Virus record (IMG/VR): IMGVR_UViG_3300023179_000009
Span: 310,001-374,000 of that record
Strand: one strand, 5' to 3'
DNA: 64,000 bases
Notes under the pieces: model-generated
What the model was told of the DNA's origin: nothing
Database searches by the model: none
What the model saw: the letters and a program-made list of their open reading frames with translations, nothing else
Part shown: in pieces, positions 53,162 to 63,803 of the stretch
How the letters are laid out: every line of letters begins with the position of its first letter
How positions within the stretch are numbered: position 1 is the stretch's first letter
Made by a program: the position numbers and the translations under genes

Positions 53162-53313
53162 GCTTTAAAAAGTGGCTAGAAAATAATCTGTTATTAAGTT
53201 GTTCTAGGGTGATGAGTGATAATTAAAAAGCACTTACGAGAATTTAAATAACAAAAAGTTAATTTTGATTAATTTTTTGTTATTAATTTAACTATGCGAG
53301 GTGGGCGATAAAA

Positions 53314-53548
53314 ATGAGTTGGAATCATAGAATAGTGAGAAAGTTTTACAAACACGTTCATCGTGATGATACAATGTTATTTCAAATACACGAAGTTTTT
53401 TACAACCCTGACGGTTCGGTAATGTCGATCACCGAAGAACCGATAAGAATAATGGAAGAAAGCGTAGAAGATTTGCAAAAAACCTGAACGATTGCAAGAA
53501 TGTCTAAAACACCCAGTTTTAGATTACGACACTCTCAAGGAATGTTGA
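53314..53548 (+). pseudogene. Frameshifted paralogue of 3945-4184
   Basis: MSWNHRIV...EDLQKT* then ERLQECLKHPVLDYD in the +1 frame after an A6 run. Confidence 0.5.
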
Positions 53549-54418
53549 AAAATATTGATGGCTTACTTTTTGTATTGATTCAAAAGAAGGTTCGTAGTGC
53601 TTTCCAGCATTGGATCTTATCAAATCTGCTAATTTTTCAACATCTGTTGCTTCTATACAAAATTCTTGTGGATAAAAAAGTTTTTGAGATTCGGTGTAGG
53701 CTCCAGCACAATATTTTCCCAATGCTGCTGCGTCTAATTGGAACCTTCCCCATGTATAACGGTTATCCAGAGAGGCAAACATAGAACACTCGGCTGATTT
53801 TTCTAAATAATCTTGCCATCCCAAATGAGGAAAAATTTGCCAATTATTAACATTTGCCTTTTTTATAATTGAATTCAATTCTTTGGTATTGTTGCAATAA
53901 GAAACAAATTGAAATTCAGGCATTATCTGACATAGTCTTAAAGTTCCAGCGATATTTGATTCAAAAGTAAACAAGCGAGATATATTTAAACAAATTTTAT
54001 TTTGAATAATTTGTTTTTTTTCTAATTTTTGCACACGCTCAAAAGGATAAGGTGGATAAAAATCATAAACAGGTCTGTTCAGTGATTGAAATAACGGTTT
54101 TAGCTTAGATGAATGAACAAATATACCATCAAAATTTATGTCTTGTAATTTTTCATAAAACCAATGAGTGTTTAAAACACCAAAGCCAGATTCTTCTACA
54201 ATGATTAATTTTTTCCAACAATCAGGCTTAAAAACGTTATCTGTTCCGGTTGGACAACAACAGAGAACTAAATCATAAGGTTCTTTTGTTTTTTTAGACA
54301 ACACATGCCATTCACCGTCCAAACAAGCGGCAATATTTTCATAACCACTTCCTGAGTTTTCAGGGGTGTATGTTGTATCATCTATCTCCCGGCTCCAACT
54401 GCCAAAAATTATTTTCAT
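53519..54418 (-). CDS. Glycosyltransferase-like (GT-B) protein
   Basis: TWGRFQLDAAALGKYCAG motif, 299 aa. Confidence 0.5.
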   Translation of the reverse strand: MKIIFGSWSREIDDTTYTPENSGSGYENIAACLDGEWHVLSKKTKEPYDLVLCCCPTGTDNVFKPDCWKKLIIVEESGFGVLNTHWFYEKLQDINFDGIFVHSSKLKPLFQSLNRPVYDFYPPYPFERVQKLEKKQIIQNKICLNISRLFTFESNIAGTLRLCQIMPEFQFVSYCNNTKELNSIIKKANVNNWQIFPHLGWQDYLEKSAECSMFASLDNRYTWGRFQLDAAALGKYCAGAYTESQKLFYPQEFCIEATDVEKLADLIRSNAGKHYEPSFESIQKVSHQYFSTFLESVVI

Positions 54419-54430
54419 TAGTTGCTTAAA

Positions 54431-56584
54431 TCAACTATAACCAAGAGGGTTTCCTTGAACAATTGGATTGCCCGATGGTATTGGAGAACTCAAAGATTCA
54501 GGCTCGTCTGTTATGGTTTCCCCATCTTTAACCAAAGCAACCTTTCTTTTGCCTTGACTATTTATAATTTCAAAATAACCATCTCTTTGTAACGATCTTC
54601 TTTGTCCATTTTCTATAACAATAGCAGTGTCTAGACCACCTTCTCCAAAATAACTAACCGATTGAGGGGAAAAATCATAGTTATAAGTCTGAACTGACGT
54701 AAAACCACCTGCAACCTCAAGAAACTTCAACGCAATATTTTCTGCATCTTCATTGGAGAGATATTGACTATCCTTTCTTGCAATCACAAGATATGCAATC
54801 GACTTCCTTCCCGACAATCCTTGGACACAATGATCATCACTATCATCGCCATCTTCATTAATCAGTTGTGCTAGTCCAGTAGAGTCTCCTGGAACTATTA
54901 TTAGTTGATTGACTGAAGGATCGCTTCCCGATTCTCCGCCATCGCCCTCCCTGTTAACTTTGATAAAGACCGTATATGTCGATCCCTGATGGGCCACTAT
55001 AACGGCGGATTCATTTTGAGTGTTGTTGTCCGAGCCTAGATTTCCAGTGACAGAGAACTCTTCTATGTTCACATTAGTGGCCATCATTACAAACATTCCT
55101 GGATAAAGGTTAGTAAAGTAGCTACTTCCTTCTCCGAAATAAGCATCGCCAGAAGACACCTGTCCGTCCATAAAAGGATTATAAACAGGGTCGCTATTTT
55201 CGTATTCTTGGAAATTATCTTCATCCAAACAGGCAGAATGGGTGTAAGGAATGCAAGAACCTCTATCTGCATTATTTCCTTGAACATCCTCCCAAGCCTG
55301 GGTCAGATTGGTGTTCAAGAAATTTGAACCATCATACATGTCATCTCCGCCATCACCGATTCCGAAGGAAACATAACCGAACAACCTCTTGCTGGTATCT
55401 ATTTGGCCTGTAGAACTTAGCTTGAGAAAACCATATACCGCACGGTCACCAAATGAATTGAAGCCGCCAACACAAAGCACATCTCCACCGGAGGTTATCA
55501 CTATATTTTGTATTCTAGCACCCTCCCAATCGTTTGTATGGTCTCCAACTCCAATTCCTACATTGAACGATGTGTCTTTTGTGCCGTCAGTGTTGAATCT
55601 GACTATGTGGCCGCATCTTTCTCCATCTAACTCATTGAACCATCCGCCGACAACAACCTTGTTGTCGCCTTGCACAGCAACAGCTTGAACATTATCGCTG
55701 AGACCAGAGCCTGCTATTTCGAATGTTGAATCTAAACCTCCATCATTGTTTAAACGAATGACTTTGTTGCAGGGTGAGCCGTTGAATTCGCTGAACCAAC
55801 CCCCAACCAACAACTTTCCATTAGAGTCTTTTTTAATTGATGCAACTCTGCTGTTGGACGAAGCTGAAAAACCACCATCTGTTGTCCCATCGTTGTTTAA
55901 CCTTGCTATTTTTCCTGAAAATTCTCCACCGATATAAATCTTTCCATCAGAATCAACAAGAATATCATGCACTTGGCCGTTGGCTACAGTTACATTGCTT
56001 GTAAATGTTCCATCCAAAACACCATCTGAATTTAATTTTACAATTCTATCAACAGAAGTTCCATTATATTGATTAAAAGCTCCTCCAACCAAAATACTAT
56101 CGTCAGAAAGAACTCTTACAACCAAAGCATTGTTGTTAAACCCAGACTGCCCAACATTAAACGTTGTGTCAACCGATCCATCTGTATTAAGTCTGGCTAT
56201 TTTTCCGTAGGATGTTCCTCCAATACTGCTAAAATGACCAACAATGATTAATTTGCCACTAGACTGAGTAGCGACTGATCTCACAAAACCACTATCTGAT
56301 GTAGGAAAATTTGGGCATGTAAAAGTTTCGTCCAATGTAAAGTCGCTGTTGTATCTGCGAACGTTTTTTCCAAAATTATCGCCACCGTCAATGCCAACCC
56401 AAATGTATTTTCCGTTGGACAATGGATAAAATTGGCTACCAAGCGGATCATAATCTACATTATCTCCGTACTCGTTCTTAGCATACGAAAAGTCGTCCGT
56501 AAAAACTCTCAGATCTGGAACGAGATCTGTTATTTCTTCGTAATTAGAATTTAGATTCGACAGTATCTCATTAATATTTGACAT
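54431..56584 (-). CDS. Delta-60 repeat (DUF5122) beta-propeller protein
   Basis: Repeated Q/D-SDGKI.VGG.F......I.RLN.DG.LD.TF units. Confidence 0.85.
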   Translation of the reverse strand: MSNINEILSNLNSNYEEITDLVPDLRVFTDDFSYAKNEYGDNVDYDPLGSQFYPLSNGKYIWVGIDGGDNFGKNVRRYNSDFTLDETFTCPNFPTSDSGFVRSVATQSSGKLIIVGHFSSIGGTSYGKIARLNTDGSVDTTFNVGQSGFNNNALVVRVLSDDSILVGGAFNQYNGTSVDRIVKLNSDGVLDGTFTSNVTVANGQVHDILVDSDGKIYIGGEFSGKIARLNNDGTTDGGFSASSNSRVASIKKDSNGKLLVGGWFSEFNGSPCNKVIRLNNDGGLDSTFEIAGSGLSDNVQAVAVQGDNKVVVGGWFNELDGERCGHIVRFNTDGTKDTSFNVGIGVGDHTNDWEGARIQNIVITSGGDVLCVGGFNSFGDRAVYGFLKLSSTGQIDTSKRLFGYVSFGIGDGGDDMYDGSNFLNTNLTQAWEDVQGNNADRGSCIPYTHSACLDEDNFQEYENSDPVYNPFMDGQVSSGDAYFGEGSSYFTNLYPGMFVMMATNVNIEEFSVTGNLGSDNNTQNESAVIVAHQGSTYTVFIKVNREGDGGESGSDPSVNQLIIVPGDSTGLAQLINEDGDDSDDHCVQGLSGRKSIAYLVIARKDSQYLSNEDAENIALKFLEVAGGFTSVQTYNYDFSPQSVSYFGEGGLDTAIVIENGQRRSLQRDGYFEIINSQGKRKVALVKDGETITDEPESLSSPIPSGNPIVQGNPLGYS

Positions 56585-56644
56585 TTTTCCTCTTTAATTT
56601 TTAAATAATAAATGTGGGCTACACTTCAATAGATGTAACGAAAA

Positions 56645-57584
56645 TTAAATATTGTTTTGAATAAAAGCCTGAGTTGAGTTGCTTTGATCAGGGCTGTTAT
56701 TTTTTTGTTCGTGATTTCTAATATTTTCACGAACCGCATTGGCAACCTGGACGGGTGTAGCAAAAAAACTATCTTGATCAGGTCTATGCAAACGATGAGA
56801 AGCGGTGAGAGTTTCACTTCCGTATTTCATATTACCGCCAAGTTCATCTAAAGAACTAAGATTAAAAACTATATTTTTTGAACCATTTTTATGATCATAT
56901 TCTATAGGTCCAGGCTCTCGGGCAGCATACATTTGATCAATAATACCAACTGTTAACAGATAGTGGCGACCACTCTCGCTCATGCCACGATAAGTTGCCT
57001 CAATTCCCATCTTGGCACCACCGCCGTACAAACTAGGAAGTTCTTCTTTATTTTTTAATGTCCAAGTTCCCATATCGAAATAATTTAAAACTTTTTCAAA
57101 ATCATCTGGAAAATTTTCCATTGTTGCTTCAGTCAGGTATTGTTTAAAATTTCTCATAATTATATTTATATATAATTTTATGTTAACTTTTGAAGAGTGG
57201 ATACAAAAAAATCACGCTGATTTTATAGATGAGGGAAAACTAGCCGATTTTGGAAAAGCAGCAGTTGCAACGGCTGGTTTATTGGGCGGAACCCTGTTGT
57301 CTAATCAAAGTTTTGCTGATAATAACCGTCCAGTAATGCAACAAGTTTCTGCCAATCCAACACAAGCAAATTACTCACAAAATCATGGCAAAGTGCCATT
57401 TAATCCAAAAATTGGACCGCAACCAGCAAACAAAAAAGCCAACCCGCTGCAAATTTGGAAACACCAAGTTAGATATGTACAAGATGTTGAAGCGAAAATG
57501 CGAAGAGGCATGAGACCTACACCGGAGTATTTAATATTAAAACAATATTATAAAAACACTCTGCCCGACGCTCCTGTTAATTAA
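56645..57584. other. Divergent pair of hypothetical CDS (56645-57157 minus; 57180-57584 plus)
   Basis: MRNFKQYLTE and MLTFEEWIQ starts; TATAAATA (minus strand) in the 22-bp gap. Confidence 0.7.
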
Positions 57585-57863
57585 GTAGTTTGATTAGCAT
57601 AGAAATAAGGAAAAGTGCCAATCCAATCGGTAAAATGTAATTTTTTACCAACTCCTCTGGACGAATATAGACGAGATAATAGTCATAAACAGCACGTTCT
57701 ATTTCTCTTTTGCTGTATCCTTCAAGACCAGCAATATATTCTAATTGATTAAGAGTTATATCTTCTGAGTGGTATCTTTTTGCAAATTTAAGCAACTTTG
57801 CATCAGTATCAATATTTCTGTATTCGTACATAGCGGAGCCTTTCTCCGCCTTAATTAAAGTAG

Positions 57864-58454
57864 TTACATACTTGCAAATTCTGGAATCCTTTGTTTGATC
57901 ATGTTCCAATTTTGTTGAACCCAATTATGGAAATTAACTTCAGCATTTTTTGGACCACGCTCATCGGTTTTTCCGTAATTTTGCATTTCTAATTCATGTG
58001 TTGCTTCGTGAACAATTGTGCTTGCAATCTCTACAATTGCTTCTTTTGTGTCTCCCAATTCACGAACTACCCTAGCAACATTTACTCTTATGGTATCGGA
58101 AGGTTGTAGTTGTCTCTCATCGATATCTGGGAAGTACTGTTTTATTACTACTGTCGGAAGAGTTTGAAGTTTTTGGTTGATCATCATATCTTTTGGAAAC
58201 AACAACTTAAACTTGTCTACTATATCTTTGCCTATTGTACGGCGATTTTCACGACTCATGTACATGCCGTAAACCCCAGAACTAAGATTTGCTATTGTAT
58301 TGATATTTTTTAATAATTGTTGTTGAGTTGATCTTCCATATAATTGGACTAATTTAATACTTAATTTTGCTTTATTGTAAATAGATTCTATTTGAGACGA
58401 ATCCACGTTCTCTGTTCCTAGCGTTGTTTGGTTAAAAAATTCTTTAAAATTCAT
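57864..58454 (-). CDS. Putative zinc metallopeptidase
   Basis: STIVHEATH (HExxH); N-terminus MNFKEFF. Confidence 0.55.
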   Translation of the reverse strand: MNFKEFFNQTTLGTENVDSSQIESIYNKAKLSIKLVQLYGRSTQQQLLKNINTIANLSSGVYGMYMSRENRRTIGKDIVDKFKLLFPKDMMINQKLQTLPTVVIKQYFPDIDERQLQPSDTIRVNVARVVRELGDTKEAIVEIASTIVHEATHELEMQNYGKTDERGPKNAEVNFHNWVQQNWNMIKQRIPEFASM

Positions 58455-58514
58455 TTACTTTTAAAAAGATATTAGGTGTTTAAATATTATAAGATACAAT
58501 AGATAGTATAAATT

Positions 58515-59381
58515 ATGAGAGATTTTTTACAATTTCTATCCGAAGAAAGAACAAAGAATAAAAATGCTAAAATAAAAATTTTAGCCATTCAAGGTTCTGC
58601 CAGAAACGATAATTGTTGCCCTGATCACGAATCTAAAAGTTATCGATTATTAAAAAATGCAATCAAAGATAGACAAGATGTGATTTTTGATGTAATAGAC
58701 CTTTCTGTGAAGTGTGACGGAAATGTTATTCAACCTTGCAAAGCTTGCATAAGTACAGCCGGGGGCATTCATTGCCATTTTCCTTGCGATTGCTATAGTA
58801 AAGGCAGTAAAGTAAAAGATTTCATGCACGAGGAAGATGTTTATAAAAAATTAGAAGAATGCGACGGATTTGTTGTTTTTTCTCCGATTAATTGGGATGC
58901 TCCCAGTAGCGTGGTGAAAAGTTTTTTTGACCGATTGGTTTGTTGCAGCCTTACTCTAACCACACAAGATGCCAATGAAATATTGGGGGATGATTTAAAA
59001 AATAGTGAAGTGACACGACCATTAGCCAAAAGTGGGAAATATAACAAATTGTTGAAAAATCACTTGGAAGGAAAACACGCTGCCTTTTTTATGCAAGGCG
59101 ACAATGGTGCAGATGATTACGTGGATATAAAAAAACCAGATTCTTACATCGAATATACCAAAGGCAAAATCTTGAACTCTGATCCTATTCGAAGTATTGA
59201 ACCCATTGTAAAGCAAATGGTTTACTCTGGCATTTATGTAAAAGAAGGATGTGTAGATGGTTTAATATCTGGTTACGGTACAGACTATCCAACAAATGAT
59301 GACAAATTGGAGCAAGAATTATTTAAAAGATCTAGAAAAGTTGTTGATAATTTAATTGATTTTATATCAAAAAATAAATAA
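58515..59381 (+). CDS. NAD(P)H-dependent FMN reductase / iron-sulfur flavoprotein (flavodoxin-like)
   Basis: ILAIQGSAR, IQPCKACISTAGGIHCHFPCDC, DGFVVFSPINW...KSFFDRL. Confidence 0.82.
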   Translation: MRDFLQFLSEERTKNKNAKIKILAIQGSARNDNCCPDHESKSYRLLKNAIKDRQDVIFDVIDLSVKCDGNVIQPCKACISTAGGIHCHFPCDCYSKGSKVKDFMHEEDVYKKLEECDGFVVFSPINWDAPSSVVKSFFDRLVCCSLTLTTQDANEILGDDLKNSEVTRPLAKSGKYNKLLKNHLEGKHAAFFMQGDNGADDYVDIKKPDSYIEYTKGKILNSDPIRSIEPIVKQMVYSGIYVKEGCVDGLISGYGTDYPTNDDKLEQELFKRSRKVVDNLIDFISKNK

Positions 59382-59391
59382 AATAATTCAT

Positions 59392-60099
59392 TTAATCCCA
59401 ATAATTTACTTTAGACTTTTCGAAATGAACTAGATTATTTCTATTTAAAAAGTTAGAAATCATATACCTCATCATTCCAAAATAACCTAATTTTTTAAAT
59501 CTTCTTTCATCTTGTCCGAAATAATAATTTGCTATTTTAAATTTTTTAACATCATATTGCGAACTCAAGATATAATCTTCTGCTGTTTCGTATTTATTTG
59601 GGAATCCTCCCAGTTCGTCAAACTTACTTTTTCTTGTTAAAAAAAAGGCACCTATCGCAAATGGTGTAAATTTCGTAAAAATTTTATTCACCAGACCGAA
59701 TAAAATAAACAAAATGGAAGCTCTTGGATCTTTTCCGTAATTTTTGGGCGACAAACCTACTAAGTCTAAATCTTCTTTTATAATAACTTGTAGCGATTCA
59801 TAGATTGTCTTGTTGTCAAAAAACTTAACGTCTGCATCCAAAAACAACATATAAGGTTTCGTCGATATCGCCGCACCGTTGTTTCTTCCAACTGAAACGT
59901 TTCCTCCTGGGATTATTTTAAGATTTAATATATTTTTATATTCTTCTATATTTTTCAATGTGTTGTCTGTTGAGTTTGCATCTGCAACTATAATTTCAAC
60001 ATCTTGAATTTGATATTGTTTGCTTAAATCATTTAGTAGATTTGGCAAATAGTTTTCTTCATTTTTACACGGTATGATTATAGTGAGTAAATCTTTCAT
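59392..60099 (-). CDS. Glycosyltransferase family 2
   Basis: IIIPCKNEE, IIVADANSTD, GRNNGA, LFLDADV, EDY. Confidence 0.92.
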   Translation of the reverse strand: MKDLLTIIIPCKNEENYLPNLLNDLSKQYQIQDVEIIVADANSTDNTLKNIEEYKNILNLKIIPGGNVSVGRNNGAAISTKPYMLFLDADVKFFDNKTIYESLQVIIKEDLDLVGLSPKNYGKDPRASILFILFGLVNKIFTKFTPFAIGAFFLTRKSKFDELGGFPNKYETAEDYILSSQYDVKKFKIANYYFGQDERRFKKLGYFGMMRYMISNFLNRNNLVHFEKSKVNYWD

Positions 60100-60122
60100 G
60101 CATTATATTAGTATTTTATTTT

Positions 60123-60548
60123 TTAGAATACTGATTTTGTCATCTTTTTTAATGGAATTCGAAATAATATTTGCGATTCACCACCGCTGTAGTTATATTC
60201 TTTTCCACGATATTCAAAAGTAACATGATCCGCAAAAGAGTCTTCGTAATCTCTTATTATAAAATTTGCTAAACCGGGTCTTGGTAAAACTGGTGGTTTT
60301 AATTCTTTGTTTCTTTTTCTATTTAAAAAATATTGCTTTATTCTATCACGAAGATTTCGAACTTCGTGAATTGATGCTGGCTCATATCCAAAATGCTGTG
60401 CTAAATTTGCTGCTATTTCATAACAATTGCTTTCAGATTGATTCATGGCTGTTGTTCCGCCACGAATCAATTTCAATTTATCAGCAAACTGAAAGCCGAT
60501 ATCATTAACGTGTGGTAAATTTATTTCTATAAAATTTTTAAATTTCAT
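60123..60548 (-). CDS. Hypothetical protein with capsid-targeting-like N-terminus
   Basis: MKFKNFIE; TGTAAATA upstream (60553-60560, minus strand). Confidence 0.65.
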   Translation of the reverse strand: MKFKNFIEINLPHVNDIGFQFADKLKLIRGGTTAMNQSESNCYEIAANLAQHFGYEPASIHEVRNLRDRIKQYFLNRKRNKELKPPVLPRPGLANFIIRDYEDSFADHVTFEYRGKEYNYSGGESQILFRIPLKKMTKSVF

Positions 60549-60555
60549 GCTGTAT

Positions 60556-61373
60556 TTACAGCACATCATTCGAAATATATTTTTCTAAACCGACTGCCAA
60601 CTCTGGACAAAGAGTTTGAATCCATCCATTCTTCTTAGCATACAAACAACCGGGCTTGCCCGTTTCTTCACAAATTTTATAACTAATTGCTTCGGCTGTT
60701 CGCACCACGCCATGAACAAATTCATCCCCGCCTTCATAATAAAGACGCAAACCACCGAATTTTTCTTTAACCTGGGTGAAGTAAAAAGGTATTGTTTTTT
60801 TATTATTTTGTATGTGGGTTTTTATAGCAAAACAACACCTGTCGATAAGGTCATACCATCCATCGCCGCAACGAAAATAAAAAAAAGTATCTTTTAATGT
60901 CCTGGGTTCTTCCGGAAGCGGAAAAAAATCAGGATATTTTTCTACTATTTTTTCATTTAAAATTTTATTCATTTTGTATATCTTTCAAAGCCTAATTTAT
61001 TTGCTTCGTTTTCACACAAAGTTTTATACCACATATTTCGAACATGAAGTTTTCCTGGGTTGCCTGTAACTTCACAAACGCAAGAAGATAAAGCCTCGGC
61101 CATATCAACTACGCCAGATACAAAATCATCACCACCTTGACAATATAACCTAAGAGTTCCAAATTTCTCCTTAACTTGTAAAAATTGGAAGTCTATTTCT
61201 TTTTTGTTTTTATAATGATGTTTAATCAAAGAGCAACACGTTTCTATAATAGAATACCAACCATCATCGCACTCTAAACCAAAAGCAAGGCAAGACTCTT
61301 GAGGAGTCTTGCCAATGCCTTTAAAAAATTCAGGGTAGTCGTTCACTAATTTATTTTGAAGTTCTGGAGTCAT
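60556..61373 (-). other. Tandem paralogous phage hypothetical CDS (60556-60972; 60969-61373)
   Basis: Both have C.DGWY.....QVKEKFG.LRLY..GGD..V.G....AE..S...CE.TG.PG....W..TLC. Confidence 0.8.
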
Positions 61374-63232
61374 TTTTTTCTTCCTTTATGTTTGTGGTGT
61401 AAAGATATTCTGTTGCTTGAGTTCCACTATTGTATCCTTCATGCCAAATTTGACTAACACGCTCTTTTTTTAAATCTGAACTTAAAATTCCGGTCATGAA
61501 TCCTTTTAAGTCAGCATTCTCTTTTTCGTAGTTTAGATTGCCTATTGTGTTGCTGTATTCAAAGATTTGGTCATTTAAGAGACCTATTTGTTGTTGCAAG
61601 AGTCTATTTTCTCTTCTTAGACTAATCGTTTCGTAAATCTGGAACACTGCAACTTGACCCACAAGAAACAAACCGGCTAAAATGTAAAATTTTTTCATCT
61701 TAGAATTCCTTTATTCAGAACACTTCCAATGACAACCTTGACACTTGCAAGTTTTAACTTGAACCACATTCATGCCATCAGCGGTGTACATCTCTGTTGT
61801 GATTGTTAGTTCTGGATTGCTCAATGTGTATTTTGTGTTTTCTTGTTCGGCTGTAGTTTTTGCTAATGTGTTTAAAGGTGGTACTTTTTTGTTTTGTTTG
61901 AAAAACAAAAAAGTAACAAAGAAAACAAAAAGAATCAATATAAAAATTAAGCGTTTCATTTTTTAAAAATCCAATTTTCAAGTACCGACTTGATCCCAAA
62001 AAACAAAAAAGGAAAAGCTACCAAAAGATCTAAAAGATCTAAATGAGAATGGGAACAAGGGCAAATTCCCAAAAAGTGCAATAGATTTAAAAACATTTAT
62101 GCCGCCGGATTTTGTATTTTTTCTTGGGAAAAAGTTTCTTTTAGATGGGATTCAATTTCTTTTAACCCTATCTTTTTAGATGCGTTTATTATCTCCAATC
62201 GCATCTTATCTGATTGGTGTAAATTTTGCCAAACATCTCGTCTAATGGCCCAATTTTCAGAAACTACATCCTCTGAATAAGAGAAATCTTCTGTTTCTTT
62301 GGGGATTGTGTATTTTTCCAAAAATAAACTGAGTGGGACTGCGTAAATCTTGTTTTTGTAAATAAAAACATCGATACCAGCGTCTACACAAGCGTAAGAA
62401 TTTTTGTTTTGATTGGCACTGGATTTAATTAACTCTTCAATCATAAATTGTATTTGAATTTCTTTTTTGTTTTCTTTCAAAAAAGTTGTCAAATCTAATT
62501 TTTTATTATTAATTCTTTCTTTTTGGTAGATTTTTATAGTCTCCATCGTTATGCTCTCATGAGATTGAGATTGCATAATACGATTTGCTATTGTGATTGC
62601 TTGTTCGAAACAAAAAGATTTAAACGATGGCAAGAAAATTTTTTCAAAAGTGTCACAATTCATCCGGCAAGCTTTTGATAAGTAATTCATCACAGACTCC
62701 CTTCTGGTGTTTAAAAAACTAACTAAAAAATTCTACAAAAAATTTTTTGCTTGTCTAGTAAAAAATCTTTGATCTCAGGTCGCTCGGCTAACAAATGCAC
62801 CCCGGAATCCTCGGGACCGATTTGCACCATCTAAATAGTGGGTTAGGGAGTAAGCCTAATGCTTTTGTTCACGTTTTAGTGACGCACCGCCCTCAATGAA
62901 TCAAAGAATTTTTAAACAATTTGTACTTGGTTGCCGTTTATCTTTACTTTTTTAATCTCTACTTCATCGCCATTTTTGTTTTTCATTTGGCTTTTGGATA
63001 TTTCATCCAAGAGCCAAATGTTTTTTTCTTCATTTTTTTCAAAAACTATTAAATAATCTTCAAATATTGCGGCATAAGAATTGCAGTAAGCAAGTTGTCT
63101 TCCTTTTTTGTGTTCTAAATCTACAAGATTTTGAAATCTGTTTTCTCCAATCAAGTAATCTGGTCCGTTTTTTTCAAAAAAAGAATCTATTTGATTGGCA
63201 ATCAAACCCACTGCTTCTTTTTTATCGTTCAT
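61351..63232 (-). other. Hypothetical CDS (61351-61698, 61711-61959, 62097-62693, 62912-63232)
   Basis: Co-oriented minus-strand ORFs; the first two have N-terminal hydrophobic segments. Confidence 0.65.
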
Positions 63233-63441
63233 CTTTGCTTCGCCAAACTTTTAAAAATTTTATGCCAAAAATTTTCATCTTGAGCATTTCTTTGATTGCT
63301 CAGAAATAAATTCGATTTCTTCGAAGGAACGATTCCTAGCCCACGACATTTTGCACACTTTATGTTGGCACCGGATACGCTACTCCGATGCCAACCACAA
63401 CCCCTACAATTTTTGCAAACTCTGTCTTCGAAATCGTTCAT
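63229..63441 (-). CDS. Small DnaJ-type Zn-finger protein
   Basis: CKNCRGCG...CAKCRGLG. Confidence 0.6.
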   Translation of the reverse strand: MNDFEDRVCKNCRGCGWHRSSVSGANIKCAKCRGLGIVPSKKSNLFLSNQRNAQDENFWHKIFKSLAKQR

Positions 63442-63803
63442 AAAACGACTGCTGAGTCTTTTAGTTGCTTCACTGGTTTAATTTTTAATCGGACAGAGGC
63501 TGGTTTTGCCTTAACTGTGATTTCTTGCTTTGTTAAAGGAGAAATCATTTTTCTTTCTGGTCTTGCTGGTTTAATTACCTTGGTGATTTTGCAAACGCCC
63601 GGAACAGTGACTGTTCCGTTTGAATTTACTTGCTCTACAACCAAATTTTGCAAAGCCTCTAGAGCTAATTTTGATTGTTGTAGAGTAAGACCAGCAAGAT
63701 CTGCAACTTTTTGTCTTATTTGACTGGCTGTCATGTTTTTGTTTTTTTGCGTCATTTTTAAATTCTCCAAAAATTTTGGTTTCAAAAATTGAAACTTGTT
63801 CAA
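63438..63803 (-). CDS. hup: HU/IHF-family DNA-binding protein (true start probably ~63755 or later)
   Basis: MTASQI...VA...L....L...VTVPGVCKI....KPARPERKMISPLTKQEITVKAKPAS..LKIKP.K.LKD. Confidence 0.85.
   Translation of the reverse strand: MNKFQFLKPKFLENLKMTQKNKNMTASQIRQKVADLAGLTLQQSKLALEALQNLVVEQVNSNGTVTVPGVCKITKVIKPARPERKMISPLTKQEITVKAKPASVRLKIKPVKQLKDSAVVL

Noticed and set aside
56941-56952. TAATACCAACTG motif-like match outside the array
   Set aside because: It lies inside an antisense CDS, lacks the TAG and downstream box, and is isolated; likely chance.
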